From assembly GCA_963762255.1 (NCBI GenBank), contig CAVXKA010000002.1, forward strand, positions 864,001 to 928,000: DNA of 64,000 nt. Reading direction: 5' to 3'. This document shows positions 29,716-39,729 of this stretch, in pieces (position 1 is the first letter of the stretch; every line of letters starts with the position of its first letter). The DNA comes from Candidatus Eiseniibacteriota bacterium (lineage in GTDB: Bacteria; Eisenbacteria; RBG-16-71-46; JABDJR01). The position numbers were made by a program, and so were the translations under genes. The notes beneath the pieces are model-generated. The model ran no database searches and was not told the DNA's origin. It was given only the letters and a program-made list of their open reading frames with translations.

Positions 29716-32700
29716 CCGCGTGACGAACGCGGGCGACGCGCTCGACGCGTTCAACTCCGGTGAGTACATCGCCTCAATGGTGGCCGGCGGGTGCCCGAAC
29801 GTGCCGACCGCACGAACCCGCGCCAGGTAGCGCACCTCGTACACGCCGGGCAGAACGTGATCGGCGTAGAGGCGCATCTCCCGATCGCGGATCTCGCTGA
29901 AGTCGACGGGTAGCGGTTCGTATCGGCCCGCGTGCCGGTCGAGCTTGCGCGCTTCGAGCACCGATTCCACCACGAAGTCCGTGTGCACGGCTTCCAGACC
30001 GGCGGGGAGCGGGTCGCGGATCGCGAGGTACCACGATTCGCGGGGAGCCACGATTTCGAGCGTGACCGCAACGAGATCGCCGAGCCCCGGCGCGCCGCCC
30101 CCGTTCAACCTCTCCACCTTCCGCAGCAGCGTGAAGCCCCCCTCCGTCGCCGCGCGATCGAGCGCGCCTTCCTCCCAGCGCAGCACCGCGCCGTAGAAGA
30201 CGCTGCTGCGGCGACTGCCCCCCTTGCGCTCGATCCTGAGCTTGACCGCCTTCCCCGGCGCGACCGACGCGGGCAGCGCCACGCTGCTCTCGGCGATCTC
30301 CAGCGTGCCGGCCTCGAACGCGCGGCTCATGAGCGGCTCGCGGGTTCCCTGCAACAGGACGTTCGCGTCGAAGGCCTCGGTGCTCGTGCCCTCCACGCGC
30401 GTCCGGTACTCGGTGAGCGCGAGCATCGCCAGCGCGTTGTCCTGCGTGCTCCCCCAATCGCCGTGCAGGCGCAGGCTCAGCAGGCCATAGGCCAACCGAG
30501 GCACCAGCGCATCCTCGGGGCGCGCCCGCACCGCGAGAAGGAGCGCGAGGGCCGTGCCGCGCACCCCGGTGCGCATCGGTTCCGCCACCGCCGAGCCCTG
30601 ATCCGCGGCGACCAACGCCCCCGCCGCGGTCACCTGGATGCGGTTCTTGACCTCGGCCAGCACCTGCGCAACGACGTCCGGGCGGCGACCCAGACGATGC
30701 AACGCCAACGCCAGGAACACGCGATCTTCGGGAGTCATGTACTGGATACCGTCCGCGAACGCGTCGACCTCGATCCCTTCGAGCACGGAGCGAGAGAGAA
30801 GTCCCTCGAACTCGACGGCCGCAAAGAGGAACATCCCGAGCGGGCGCCGGCCCGCCGAGCCGCTCTCTTCCCCCGACTCGGCCCCGCCGCGCAGCCACCG
30901 CTCGGTGACCTGGGCGGCGTGCTCCAGAAGCTCCTCGGGCACGTCCGCGCCGGCGCGCTTGGCCTGGGCCAGCGCGTAGGCCGCGTAGGAGGTCATCCAC
31001 GCCGGGGCCTCGGCGCCCCCCTGCGGCCAGAACGTGAAGGATCCCCACGGGAGTGTGAGCGCGCTCATCTGCCGGACCCCCGCGTTCAGCTTCGAGTCCA
31101 ACGTGAGACTATCCACCCAAACGGCGTTCGTGCTTTGAGATAGCTGCTTGTAGAGCGCGATAGCCAGAAGCCGGCTCGCGGTCTGCTCCAGGCAGCCGTG
31201 GGGATAGTCGAGGACGTTTCGGAAGGCCTGCTCCACCCCCGAGATCACGCTCGGGGAGAGCCGCATGTCGAGCGTGGCCGACCCTGGAATCGCGGCGGCG
31301 GGAAGCTGGATGATCTCGGGCTGCGTTCCGGAAGTGCGCCCGGCCGCGGCGGCGGTGCGGACGAGGCGCGGCTCGATCAACGGTACGCGCACCTCCACCG
31401 CGTCCTCGGCCCCTTCGAAGAGGGCGCGGAAACGCACGCGGGCCTCTCCCGCCACCGTCGCGCGCACCGGGAAGGCCACGCGCTGGGTTCGACCGGGATC
31501 GAGGCGCAGGGCTCGCGTAAGAGGCGCCGCGAGCAGATCGCTCTCCATGCTCACCGTCCCCTGGATCGCGCGGTCCCCGCGATTGGTGACGAGCACGGCG
31601 GCCTCGAACGCGTCCCCCACCCCGGCGAAGCGCGGAAGCGCGGGGTCCAGGGTCAGCGGTTTGGTCACCCGCAGGCTCCCCTCGCCGGCGCCGAATCGAT
31701 CCACGCCCGCGGCCGCCACGGCGACGATTCGAAAGCGCGTGAGGTTGTCGGGAAGCTTCACGTCCACCCGCGCGCGGCCGCTCGCGTCGGTGAACACGGC
31801 CGGACTCCAGTGCGCGACGGTGGCGAACTCGGAACGGTATCCGGAGCCGCTCGCGCCGTCGCCGCCGGCCTCGCCCTTCTCGTCCTCGAGTTGCTGCTCC
31901 GAACCGAGCCTGAGGCTCAATCGCGTGTCGTCGGTGCGCACGCCGAGGCCGCGCGGTGCGTAGAAGAACGCGAACGGATCGGGGATGGGCGTGCCGATGA
32001 GCGCGAGCACCGACTCGTCCACGACGGCCACGCTCACGCGCGCGGGCGTTCCCGCTCCGGCCGCGTCGCGCACGCGCACGTCGACGACGGCGCGATCGCC
32101 GGGGCGGTACTCCTCGCGATCGCTCGTCGCCGTCACCGCCAGCCGCCGCGAGGACACGTCGAGCGCAAGCTCCGCGTAGCCGATGCGCAACCGCGGGAGC
32201 CGCGCCTTCAGAGGGAGATCGGGCGCGACCGCTTCCGGAATCTCCGGCTCCACGAGCGTCACCCCGACGTAGACATTGGGCATGTAGGAGGCCTTCACCG
32301 GCACGTTGAAGACGATCGAGCCGGGACCGAGGTCCACGAGCCGCGACTCCAGGATGCCCTCGCGCTCGATCGAGAGGATCGCGCGCCGCGCGCGGACGGG
32401 CGTGGAGACGAAGACGCGTGCGGTTTCGCCGGGGCGATAGCGTTGCTTGTCGGTGGTGATCTCGAGGAAGGGCTCCTCCTCCCAGGGCCCCGCCGCGCGC
32501 GGCGCGCGAACCCCGCTCGCATAGAAGCTCGCCGAGGATCGGGCTCGCCGCCCCATCCGGTCGCGTGCCTCTGCGCGGACGTGGTAGGCGCCCGGCTCCG
32601 CGATGTCCCAACGCAGCTCGACAGGCTCCCGGCCGGAGACGATCTCGCGCGAGCCCACCACGCTGTCCACGACCGCTCCCTCGTAGCCGATTCGCCCGCC

Positions 32701-35331
32701 GACGAGAAGCTTTCGCACCGAACGCCACTCGCGCCGCACGACCGTGACGGTGATGGGCGTCCCGGGCACGACGAGCGAGGTGTCCGCGCGAAGCGCCGTC
32801 ACGCGAATCAGGGCCTGCTCTCCCGCAGGCACGACGCGCTCGGGGGCGCTCACGCCCGGCACGACCGACGCGGGGGTATAGAGCGACCACGCGCGGCCGT
32901 ACACCGTATCCCCGCTCGGGTCGATCACGCCGGCTTCGAAGGTGAGGCGCTCGAACCCCGCGAAGGGTTCCTCGGGGAGCGGCACGCGAATCGCGGCGGC
33001 GCCGGCGGCGTCGAGGATATCCTCGCCCGTGGCCAGCACGGCGGACGCGGGGCCCGACCCGTCGAACTCTCCGAACGAATATTCGTCGTAGCTGTCGAAG
33101 GAAAACCCGTCATAGCCTGGGGGCCGGATCCCCGCGCGCTCCCGGACCAGGGACCAGCGCACGCGGGATCCGGCGAGCGGCGCGCCGAAGTAGTAGGAGG
33201 CGCTCACGTCCACCTCGAACGTCGAGCCGGCCGTGACGCTCGCGGTGCGCGAGCGCGCCGTCACCTGGAAGGAGGCGGCACGGTAGGCGGCTACCTGGAA
33301 CTCCGCCGAGCCGATGCCGACCTCTCTCGATCGGTCGGGGAGCAGAGCCACCGCGCTGTATCCGCCGGCCGGGGCGTCGGCGCGTCCCGGCACATCCAGC
33401 GCGAATCCTCCAAGCCGGTCGACCGCAAGCATCGTATCCGCGAGCATTGCCCCACCCCGCGGGTCGTTCACCTGCACCCGCACCGAGTCGAGCGCGCACG
33501 CGCCCAACCCACCGGGGACGAACCGCCGCACGAGCCCGCAGAGGTGCACGGTCTCGCCGGGCCGGTAGAGATCGCGGTCTCCGTAAACGAACGCACGGTG
33601 ATCCGTGGCGCTGTTGCCGTATGAGGCATCGATCCCCATCTGCCAGGGAGCGAGCCGCCAGCTCCCGTCGAGGTTCCCCAGCGCCGCGTCCCCCGCCAGC
33701 GTCGCCTTCACGTAGACCTCAGGCCGATCCGCGCCCAGGCGCGACTTCTCCGGCAGCGCGACCATGCCGCGCTCATCCGTCCGCCCGGTCCAGCGGGCGA
33801 CGCCGAACGCATCCATCACCGTGATGTCGGCGCCCGCCGCCGGCCGCGCGGAAGCGAGCGCGGTGACCCAGACGAGACCGCCCCCTTCCGACCCCTTCAC
33901 CGTGATGCCGAGGTCGCTCCAACGGATGATGCTCTGCGCCTTGAGCTCGAACGGGGTGCCGTCGAAGCGGCGGCCGAGAGCCGCCGCGATCACGAGCACG
34001 GCGCCAGGCTTCCCCGGGGGCACCAGGCGATCCAGAGGAATCGCCTGGGTCGTGATTTCGTTGAGCGCCGGCCCGCTGTAGATCGCTGATGTAGCCGCCG
34101 CCTGCGAGTCGGGTCGCGCGAAGCGCTGCCGGATCTCTCCTTCCGGGGTGAGCGCCTCCATGCGCACGCGGACCTCGGTGACGCCGGCGAAACGCAGCAC
34201 CACCTGGCGCTCCGAAGCGAGCGGAACCACCGCGGCGCCTCCGTAGCCGCTGGAAGGGAGTAGTTCCAGCGACGGCCGGCGGTTCGCGGTGCGCAGGCGG
34301 ATCCGAGCGCTCTCGGTGAGCCGCTGCCCGAAGAGGTCGGGCATCCCGGCTGCGATCAGAACCTGATACTCGGTGGCGGGTTCGAGCCCGCCGAGATGGA
34401 TCTGGGTCCCGTCTCCCCCCACCTGCAGCGCGGCCGGCCGGGGTTGCACGGTCAGGTACGCCCTCAGGGAATCGCCCGCGACCGGCGTGCGGAAGTGAAG
34501 CGTCGCCCCCTCGACATCGCCTGCCGCGACCAGACCGGGAGGCCCGTAGGTGCGAAACGGGATGCGCAGCTCCCGCGTGATGGGAAGCGGCCCGCCCAGC
34601 CCGCGCAGCGAGTCCTTGATCAGGATCGCGTACTCGTGATCGCGCTTGAGCGGCGAGCGCGGGCGAAGCACCACCGCGTTCTCGCGATCGATGGACCGGA
34701 ACTCCCAACCCAACCCGGCGAGAAACGCGCTGTCGGGCCGCGCGGGGTCGAGATCCGGGCCGTGCTCCAACTCCACCGCGTCGCCGACCTCCACCGGATC
34801 CATCGGCTGGCTGAAGATAAGAAGGATGGGGTCCTCGGGCCTCATCAAGGAATCGGAAGGCGCGGGGATCGACTTCACCAGACCCGGGCGAGGGGTCGTG
34901 AACTCCCACACCACGTCTCCCTTGAGCTTGGTGCCGTCGGCGGCGCGGATGCCGGAGGGCACCTTGGCGACGAAGCGGGTGGCCAGGGGAAGCCCGCCGT
35001 TCACGACGTAGGTGAGGGTGCGCGTCCCGATCCAGTGGTAGTAGCCCTCGGGCATCGGATCCAACTCGAGGTATTTCTTCCCCTCCTTGGGGGTCGGATC
35101 GGGCGCTCCCATCGCCACCACCGGGCGGTCGAAGACGACGTCCACCGACGTGCGTCCGACGGTGTCCCCCTCCGGGAGTCGGGCGGCGACGGTGAGTCGC
35201 GGGGCGGCGCCCGCCGAGGCGCCTCGCTTCCCACCGCAGCCCTGCGCCCCGAGCACGCAAACGAAGAGGACGGCCGCGGCTGCGACCGTCCTCGTGATGT
35301 CGAGACTTCTGCGCTGTGAAACCGTCGCCAT
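29689..35331 (-). CDS. Bacterial alpha-2-macroglobulin lipoprotein
   Basis: Lipobox-like AQGC, DRDLYRPGE, LPDNLT, intact thioester motif YPHGCLEQ, WGSTQDNA, EAMYSPE. Confidence 0.93.
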   Translation of the reverse strand: MATVSQRRSLDITRTVAAAAVLFVCVLGAQGCGGKRGASAGAAPRLTVAARLPEGDTVGRTSVDVVFDRPVVAMGAPDPTPKEGKKYLELDPMPEGYYHWIGTRTLTYVVNGGLPLATRFVAKVPSGIRAADGTKLKGDVVWEFTTPRPGLVKSIPAPSDSLMRPEDPILLIFSQPMDPVEVGDAVELEHGPDLDPARPDSAFLAGLGWEFRSIDRENAVVLRPRSPLKRDHEYAILIKDSLRGLGGPLPITRELRIPFRTYGPPGLVAAGDVEGATLHFRTPVAGDSLRAYLTVQPRPAALQVGGDGTQIHLGGLEPATEYQVLIAAGMPDLFGQRLTESARIRLRTANRRPSLELLPSSGYGGAAVVPLASERQVVLRFAGVTEVRVRMEALTPEGEIRQRFARPDSQAAATSAIYSGPALNEITTQAIPLDRLVPPGKPGAVLVIAAALGRRFDGTPFELKAQSIIRWSDLGITVKGSEGGGLVWVTALASARPAAGADITVMDAFGVARWTGRTDERGMVALPEKSRLGADRPEVYVKATLAGDAALGNLDGSWRLAPWQMGIDASYGNSATDHRAFVYGDRDLYRPGETVHLCGLVRRFVPGGLGACALDSVRVQVNDPRGGAMLADTMLAVDRLGGFALDVPGRADAPAGGYSAVALLPDRSREVGIGSAEFQVAAYRAASFQVTARSRTASVTAGSTFEVDVSASYYFGAPLAGSRVRWSLVRERAGIRPPGYDGFSFDSYDEYSFGEFDGSGPASAVLATGEDILDAAGAAAIRVPLPEEPFAGFERLTFEAGVIDPSGDTVYGRAWSLYTPASVVPGVSAPERVVPAGEQALIRVTALRADTSLVVPGTPITVTVVRREWRSVRKLLVGGRIGYEGAVVDSVVGSREIVSGREPVELRWDIAEPGAYHVRAEARDRMGRRARSSASFYASGVRAPRAAGPWEEEPFLEITTDKQRYRPGETARVFVSTPVRARRAILSIEREGILESRLVDLGPGSIVFNVPVKASYMPNVYVGVTLVEPEIPEAVAPDLPLKARLPRLRIGYAELALDVSSRRLAVTATSDREEYRPGDRAVVDVRVRDAAGAGTPARVSVAVVDESVLALIGTPIPDPFAFFYAPRGLGVRTDDTRLSLRLGSEQQLEDEKGEAGGDGASGSGYRSEFATVAHWSPAVFTDASGRARVDVKLPDNLTRFRIVAVAAAGVDRFGAGEGSLRVTKPLTLDPALPRFAGVGDAFEAAVLVTNRGDRAIQGTVSMESDLLAAPLTRALRLDPGRTQRVAFPVRATVAGEARVRFRALFEGAEDAVEVRVPLIEPRLVRTAAAAGRTSGTQPEIIQLPAAAIPGSATLDMRLSPSVISGVEQAFRNVLDYPHGCLEQTASRLLAIALYKQLSQSTNAVWVDSLTLDSKLNAGVRQMSALTLPWGSFTFWPQGGAEAPAWMTSYAAYALAQAKRAGADVPEELLEHAAQVTERWLRGGAESGEESGSAGRRPLGMFLFAAVEFEGLLSRSVLEGIEVDAFADGIQYMTPEDRVFLALALHRLGRRPDVVAQVLAEVKNRIQVTAAGALVAADQGSAVAEPMRTGVRGTALALLLAVRARPEDALVPRLAYGLLSLRLHGDWGSTQDNALAMLALTEYRTRVEGTSTEAFDANVLLQGTREPLMSRAFEAGTLEIAESSVALPASVAPGKAVKLRIERKGGSRRSSVFYGAVLRWEEGALDRAATEGGFTLLRKVERLNGGGAPGLGDLVAVTLEIVAPRESWYLAIRDPLPAGLEAVHTDFVVESVLEARKLDRHAGRYEPLPVDFSEIRDREMRLYADHVLPGVYEVRYLARVRAVGTFGHPPATIEAMYSPELNASSASPAFVTRQAKAEGGR

Positions 35332-35421
35332 ACTGCCACCCCCGCTCGCTCGGATGAGCTTCCGACTCGGGACCGTCGCGAGGCGACTATCCTCCCCCGC
35401 GGGGGGGCGGCGGCGCAAGGT

Positions 35422-37053
35422 CTAGGAGGGCGAGACCTTCACCCAACGCCCGTCGTTCTTGGGATTCAGCACGCCCTGATGCTTGATGTAGTTGCGCAGA
35501 ACCTCCAGGTCGGTGAATCCGGTGTACATCAGATCCTCGGATTGGAGCGCCTCGCGCAAGACGCCCATCCCGCTGTTCCCCTCGGCCAGGTAGTTGGTCA
35601 TGGCCACCTTGTAGATCTTCTCATCCTCTACAGGCTGACCGCCGATCGTGAACTCCACGATCCGGCTTCCGTCCGGCCGCGAAATGTCGTACGCGACCTT
35701 GCCGCCCGAGATGAAGATTCCGCCGGCGGTCCCGCGGAGCTTGTCCTCCATCATGCCGCGCAGCATCTGGCCTTTCAGATTCACGAGCACCATCTGATTG
35801 CCGAAGGGAGACACGCCAAGCAGGTGGCGCTCCGTGATATCGCCGGGAGAGATGTCCGCGCGCACGCCGCCCGTGTTCTGGATGGCGAAGTCGGCGTTGA
35901 GCTCGACCCGGAAGGCGTCCGCCATCACGAACCCCATGAGCGCGTTATTGGCCGACCCGCGCTGCAACAGCACCTCGGTCTGGCCGACCACGACATCGAG
36001 ACCCGCTTCGGCCTTGCTCACCTTCTCTTCGATGACCTTCTCCATGGCGGGGTCCGGCCAGATCTGCTCCTCGAACAGGGTGACCAGCGACCCGCGATCG
36101 GAGTGGGTCCGGTAGCCGATCATCTGCTTCGTGTTGCGATCGATGAGCATGGTGATGTGCCCGATGCTCGACCCGTTGCCGTAGGGTTCGAACACCACCG
36201 TGTGGGTGCGCGGATCCTCCCACGGCGTGTCGTAGCCCTGGTGGGTATGCCCGGTGAACATGGCGTCGATGCCCGGCGTCGTGTATGCGAGTTCCATCGC
36301 ACTCATGCCCCAGTGCGGAAGACCGCCTTCGGCATCGCGCTGCAGCATCTTGCGGTATTCGTTGCTCAACTCCGGCTTGTAGGGAAGCCCTGTGTGCAGG
36401 AGCGCAAGGACGACGTTTGCCCCCTGTGCGCGGACCCGCTCGACCTCGGGACCAAGCACCTCGTGGATGGGAGCGAACTCGATCCCTTCCAGGTTCTTTC
36501 CGAACGACATGTTGGCGGTGGACTCGGTGATGAATCCCACAACCGCGATCTTGATCCCGTCGACCTCGATGAAGAAGCTCGGGTCGATCCAGTCGACGGT
36601 CTTCTTGGTCTCGGCGTAGAGGATGTTCCCTCCCAGCACCGGGAAGTTGGCCATCTCGGCCAGACGCTTGGTGTTCTCCCACCCGAGGTCGAAATCGTGG
36701 TTGCCGAGCACGCAGGCCGTATACCCCATGTCGTTCATGAACTCGAAGATCGCGGTCCCCTTGGTGTTGGTGCCGAGCGGCGTCCCCTGGAAGATGTCGC
36801 CGTCGTCGAAGAGGAGCACGGCGCGCCCTTCCTTGGCCGCCTTGTCGCGAACGTCCTTGACGTAAGCGGCAATGCTCGCGCCCCCGCCCAGCGGCGGCGG
36901 GAAATTGGGATTCAGGAACGTAGCGTCGTCCTTGGAGATGTGCCCGTGGACATCGCTGGTGAAGAGGATGTCCACCTCGAGCAGATCGCTTGCGGGGATC
37001 GCCCCTCCCAGAAAGAGAAGACCGATGAGGCAAAGTGGGATGCATCGCTTCAT
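35422..37053 (-). CDS. Secreted 5'-nucleotidase/UDP-sugar hydrolase
   Basis: Signal peptide; SDVHG, DDGD, GNHDFD, GHTH; C-terminal NTGGVRA...PFGN...YLAEG domain. Confidence 0.92.
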   Translation of the reverse strand: MKRCIPLCLIGLLFLGGAIPASDLLEVDILFTSDVHGHISKDDATFLNPNFPPPLGGGASIAAYVKDVRDKAAKEGRAVLLFDDGDIFQGTPLGTNTKGTAIFEFMNDMGYTACVLGNHDFDLGWENTKRLAEMANFPVLGGNILYAETKKTVDWIDPSFFIEVDGIKIAVVGFITESTANMSFGKNLEGIEFAPIHEVLGPEVERVRAQGANVVLALLHTGLPYKPELSNEYRKMLQRDAEGGLPHWGMSAMELAYTTPGIDAMFTGHTHQGYDTPWEDPRTHTVVFEPYGNGSSIGHITMLIDRNTKQMIGYRTHSDRGSLVTLFEEQIWPDPAMEKVIEEKVSKAEAGLDVVVGQTEVLLQRGSANNALMGFVMADAFRVELNADFAIQNTGGVRADISPGDITERHLLGVSPFGNQMVLVNLKGQMLRGMMEDKLRGTAGGIFISGGKVAYDISRPDGSRIVEFTIGGQPVEDEKIYKVAMTNYLAEGNSGMGVLREALQSEDLMYTGFTDLEVLRNYIKHQGVLNPKNDGRWVKVSPS

Positions 37054-38396
37054 TGCGGAATGACCTCATCCTCCGCCGGCATGGCGGGGGCGTAATTGAC
37101 GGGCGCGTAGTGCACGCTCTGGGAGAGCGCCACCGAGACCTCGTAGCTCACGCCATCGGTGGTCAGGGTGACGTTGTAGCCCTTGTCGTTCGTTAGGCGA
37201 AGGCCGAGAGGCTCGGCGCGGTCGGAGGCGTAGATGTCGGTGCGGTGGTTACGGAGTCGGATGAGCACCGATTCGCTCGGTAGCGTTCCCAGGCTCGACT
37301 CGTACGTGGTGATGGGAATGAGCCCCACCCGCGGGTTGACCGCGTTCACCCAATCGGCTGGGCTGCTGTCGTCGAGGCCGTGGTGATGGACTTTGAGCAC
37401 TTCGGTGTCGATGGCGCTTCCCTTGGCGGCGGCGATGGACGTGGTCACGGGGGCCTCGGCGTCTCCCCCCAGCATCAGATTCACGTCGCCATAGGTGAGG
37501 CGCAGGATCACGGAGTCGTTGTTGAGGACGTCTCCCTCGCTCACTCCGCCGAAGGTGCTGCCGTAGCCGGAATTGAGCACTTCCACACCGACCGACCCGT
37601 CCCATACGAGGGCGGACGTGCCACTGGAGGTGTCCCCGGCGCGAATGGTGTCGATGGGAACCGACTTGGCGCGCAGGGTGGGAAGGAGTTCGTCCCGATA
37701 GCTGCGGTAGGCGTAGGAGTTCATGTCGGACTTGAGCGGCGTGTCCAGAAAGCGCCCGATGTCGTAGGCCCCGAGAACCCCGTCGGAGAGCGTGTAGCTC
37801 TCGCCGACGAGCCCGCCGATATGGTCGCTGTGGACATGCGTGGCCATGGCCACGTCCAGACGGCTCACCCCCGCCGCTTGGAGGTAGGCGTCCACGTTCG
37901 CCCAGTCTCGGCGTTCACCGCCGTCGATGATGATGCGCTTGCCCGTGTTCGGCATGGTCAAGATATGCGAGTCCCCAAAACCGACGTCGATCATGGTCCA
38001 ACTCAGGAAGGGCTTCGGCGCCGGCCGAGTCCCCACCGTGAACGAGACCTCGTCGGCCGTCACGACACCACCGTTCTGGGCTCGATCCAGAACCTGCAGG
38101 TAGATCTTCTCTCCCTGGCTCACCGAGAGGAGCGGTACCCGGTGCTCGGTCGCGTACGCCAAGTCGGCGCGCGCCGCCGAGGCCGGATAGGCAACCCGGT
38201 TGTAGACGCCCGACGACGTGCCGTACCGAACCGATCCCAGGGTGGGCTCGTCGGTACTCCATCTCACCGTGTTCCCCTCCAGAGTGATCCCGTCCTGGAC
38301 GGGCACCTTGAGCGGACTGGGGCTGGAACACCCTATGAACCAAGCCAAAGCCGCGGGGAGCAACGCCCCCGTCAGCCGCTGCAATATCGATCTCAC
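37050..38396 (-). CDS. Lipoprotein: Fn3/PAP-N-like domain plus ComEC/Rec2-type metallo-beta-lactamase fold
   Basis: FIGC lipobox; IDVGFGDS, IDGG, THVHSDHIGG, NNDS, GDAE, KVHHHG; no ComEC membrane domain. Confidence 0.85.
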   Translation of the reverse strand: MRSILQRLTGALLPAALAWFIGCSSPSPLKVPVQDGITLEGNTVRWSTDEPTLGSVRYGTSSGVYNRVAYPASAARADLAYATEHRVPLLSVSQGEKIYLQVLDRAQNGGVVTADEVSFTVGTRPAPKPFLSWTMIDVGFGDSHILTMPNTGKRIIIDGGERRDWANVDAYLQAAGVSRLDVAMATHVHSDHIGGLVGESYTLSDGVLGAYDIGRFLDTPLKSDMNSYAYRSYRDELLPTLRAKSVPIDTIRAGDTSSGTSALVWDGSVGVEVLNSGYGSTFGGVSEGDVLNNDSVILRLTYGDVNLMLGGDAEAPVTTSIAAAKGSAIDTEVLKVHHHGLDDSSPADWVNAVNPRVGLIPITTYESSLGTLPSESVLIRLRNHRTDIYASDRAEPLGLRLTNDKGYNVTLTTDGVSYEVSVALSQSVHYAPVNYAPAMPAEDEVIPQ

Positions 38397-38438
38397 GCTG
38401 TACGAGTCTCCTGGGGCAGGCGATGCCAGACGGCGATG

Positions 38439-39704
38439 CTAGAACCCGTAGTCCACACCCAGGGAAACCCGGAACAGCGTGTCGTCAACACGGTCCTGGC
38501 CAAGCCCCACGTAGGCGCCCTGCTCCGTGCGCGGGCGGATGGGGGTCTGGCGCGTCGACGCCTTCCCCACCTCGGCGGCCAGATCGATCCTGAACTGCTC
38601 GACCAGATAGCCGAACCCGAAGGTGAACGTCACCCGGTCGGCCTCGTCCATGGCGTACGACTGCCCGTAACGGAAGCCGATGCGCCCGGGGAGGTTGTTG
38701 TAGAAGACGTGCTCGAGACCGAAGCGGCCTTCCCACGTGTCCTGTAGCTTCTGGTCGGGGCTCAGATGGTCGGCGATCTCCGACCAGGGCGTGTACACCA
38801 CATCGGCGGCAAAGACGGTCTGGAACGCATTGCGAGGCCGGTAGGTGAGCCCTCCCTGGAAGCGCATGGGAAGCTCGAGATCGCCGCTCGACTGCTCGGG
38901 CGAGGTCACTGCGCCGTCGGTCCAGGTCGTGTAGTCATCGTTCAGCGACGGTTTCGTCTCGATCGCCGCACCGACCCGCAGCCGCTCGTCCACGTACACG
39001 TTGGCACCCACGGTCACCGAGAAGCCGTCCAGCTTGCGCTCGAGCTTCGCCTCGGTGGCCGAGCCGTAGTCGCTGGTGGCCAGCGAGACGAGGGCCTCGC
39101 GGTTGGTCAGGGTGCCGAAGTAGTAGTTCACCGCAACGCCCAGACCGGATCCGTCTCCGAATGGGAGCGCCACGCCCAGAGTGGCGGTGCGGAGCAACCC
39201 GTCGGTCTTGATGATCTTGTTGTTGCGCAGCGTGTCGCTGCTGTCGCTGGTGCGCAGCTCGTCGAAGTAGTCGTAACGGGGATCGTAGCGTGTGAACACG
39301 CCCCCCGACACGATCACGCCCCGCCCCCCCCAGTGATCGAGCACCACACCGCCCTGGAGCTCGCCGTAGCCGTTGTCGTTGACCGCGACCGCGGTCTCAT
39401 CGACGAACGAATCGAAGGTGTCGAACAGCGGCACGAGCCGGCTCTCGCTGGCCCGGGCCATTGCGCCCGTGAACTGCACGCGGTTGCCGCGCAGCAGGAC
39501 CAGGTTGGCCGGGTTGTCCACCAGGCTGAACACTCCGTCGCTCATCGCCGCACCCGCCCCTCCCATCGCACGCGAGCGCGCGGAGAGTCCGAGTTGCGGT
39601 GTCCCGTAGGCGCGATCCAGGAAGGAAAACGCGCTCGCCGGCCGGGCGGACACAAGGACCGCCGCCGCCAGCACTATCGTCAAGATGCCTCGCCTCATGC
39701 TCAT
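38439..39704 (-). CDS. Outer-membrane beta-barrel, FadL/PorV-like
   Basis: Signal peptide; SARSRAMGG...NPANL hatch motif; amphipathic strands; ends VDYGF. Confidence 0.75.
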   Translation of the reverse strand: MSMRRGILTIVLAAAVLVSARPASAFSFLDRAYGTPQLGLSARSRAMGGAGAAMSDGVFSLVDNPANLVLLRGNRVQFTGAMARASESRLVPLFDTFDSFVDETAVAVNDNGYGELQGGVVLDHWGGRGVIVSGGVFTRYDPRYDYFDELRTSDSSDTLRNNKIIKTDGLLRTATLGVALPFGDGSGLGVAVNYYFGTLTNREALVSLATSDYGSATEAKLERKLDGFSVTVGANVYVDERLRVGAAIETKPSLNDDYTTWTDGAVTSPEQSSGDLELPMRFQGGLTYRPRNAFQTVFAADVVYTPWSEIADHLSPDQKLQDTWEGRFGLEHVFYNNLPGRIGFRYGQSYAMDEADRVTFTFGFGYLVEQFRIDLAAEVGKASTRQTPIRPRTEQGAYVGLGQDRVDDTLFRVSLGVDYGF

Positions 39705-39729
39705 TCTCCCGCGAGTTCAGGCCCGGAGC

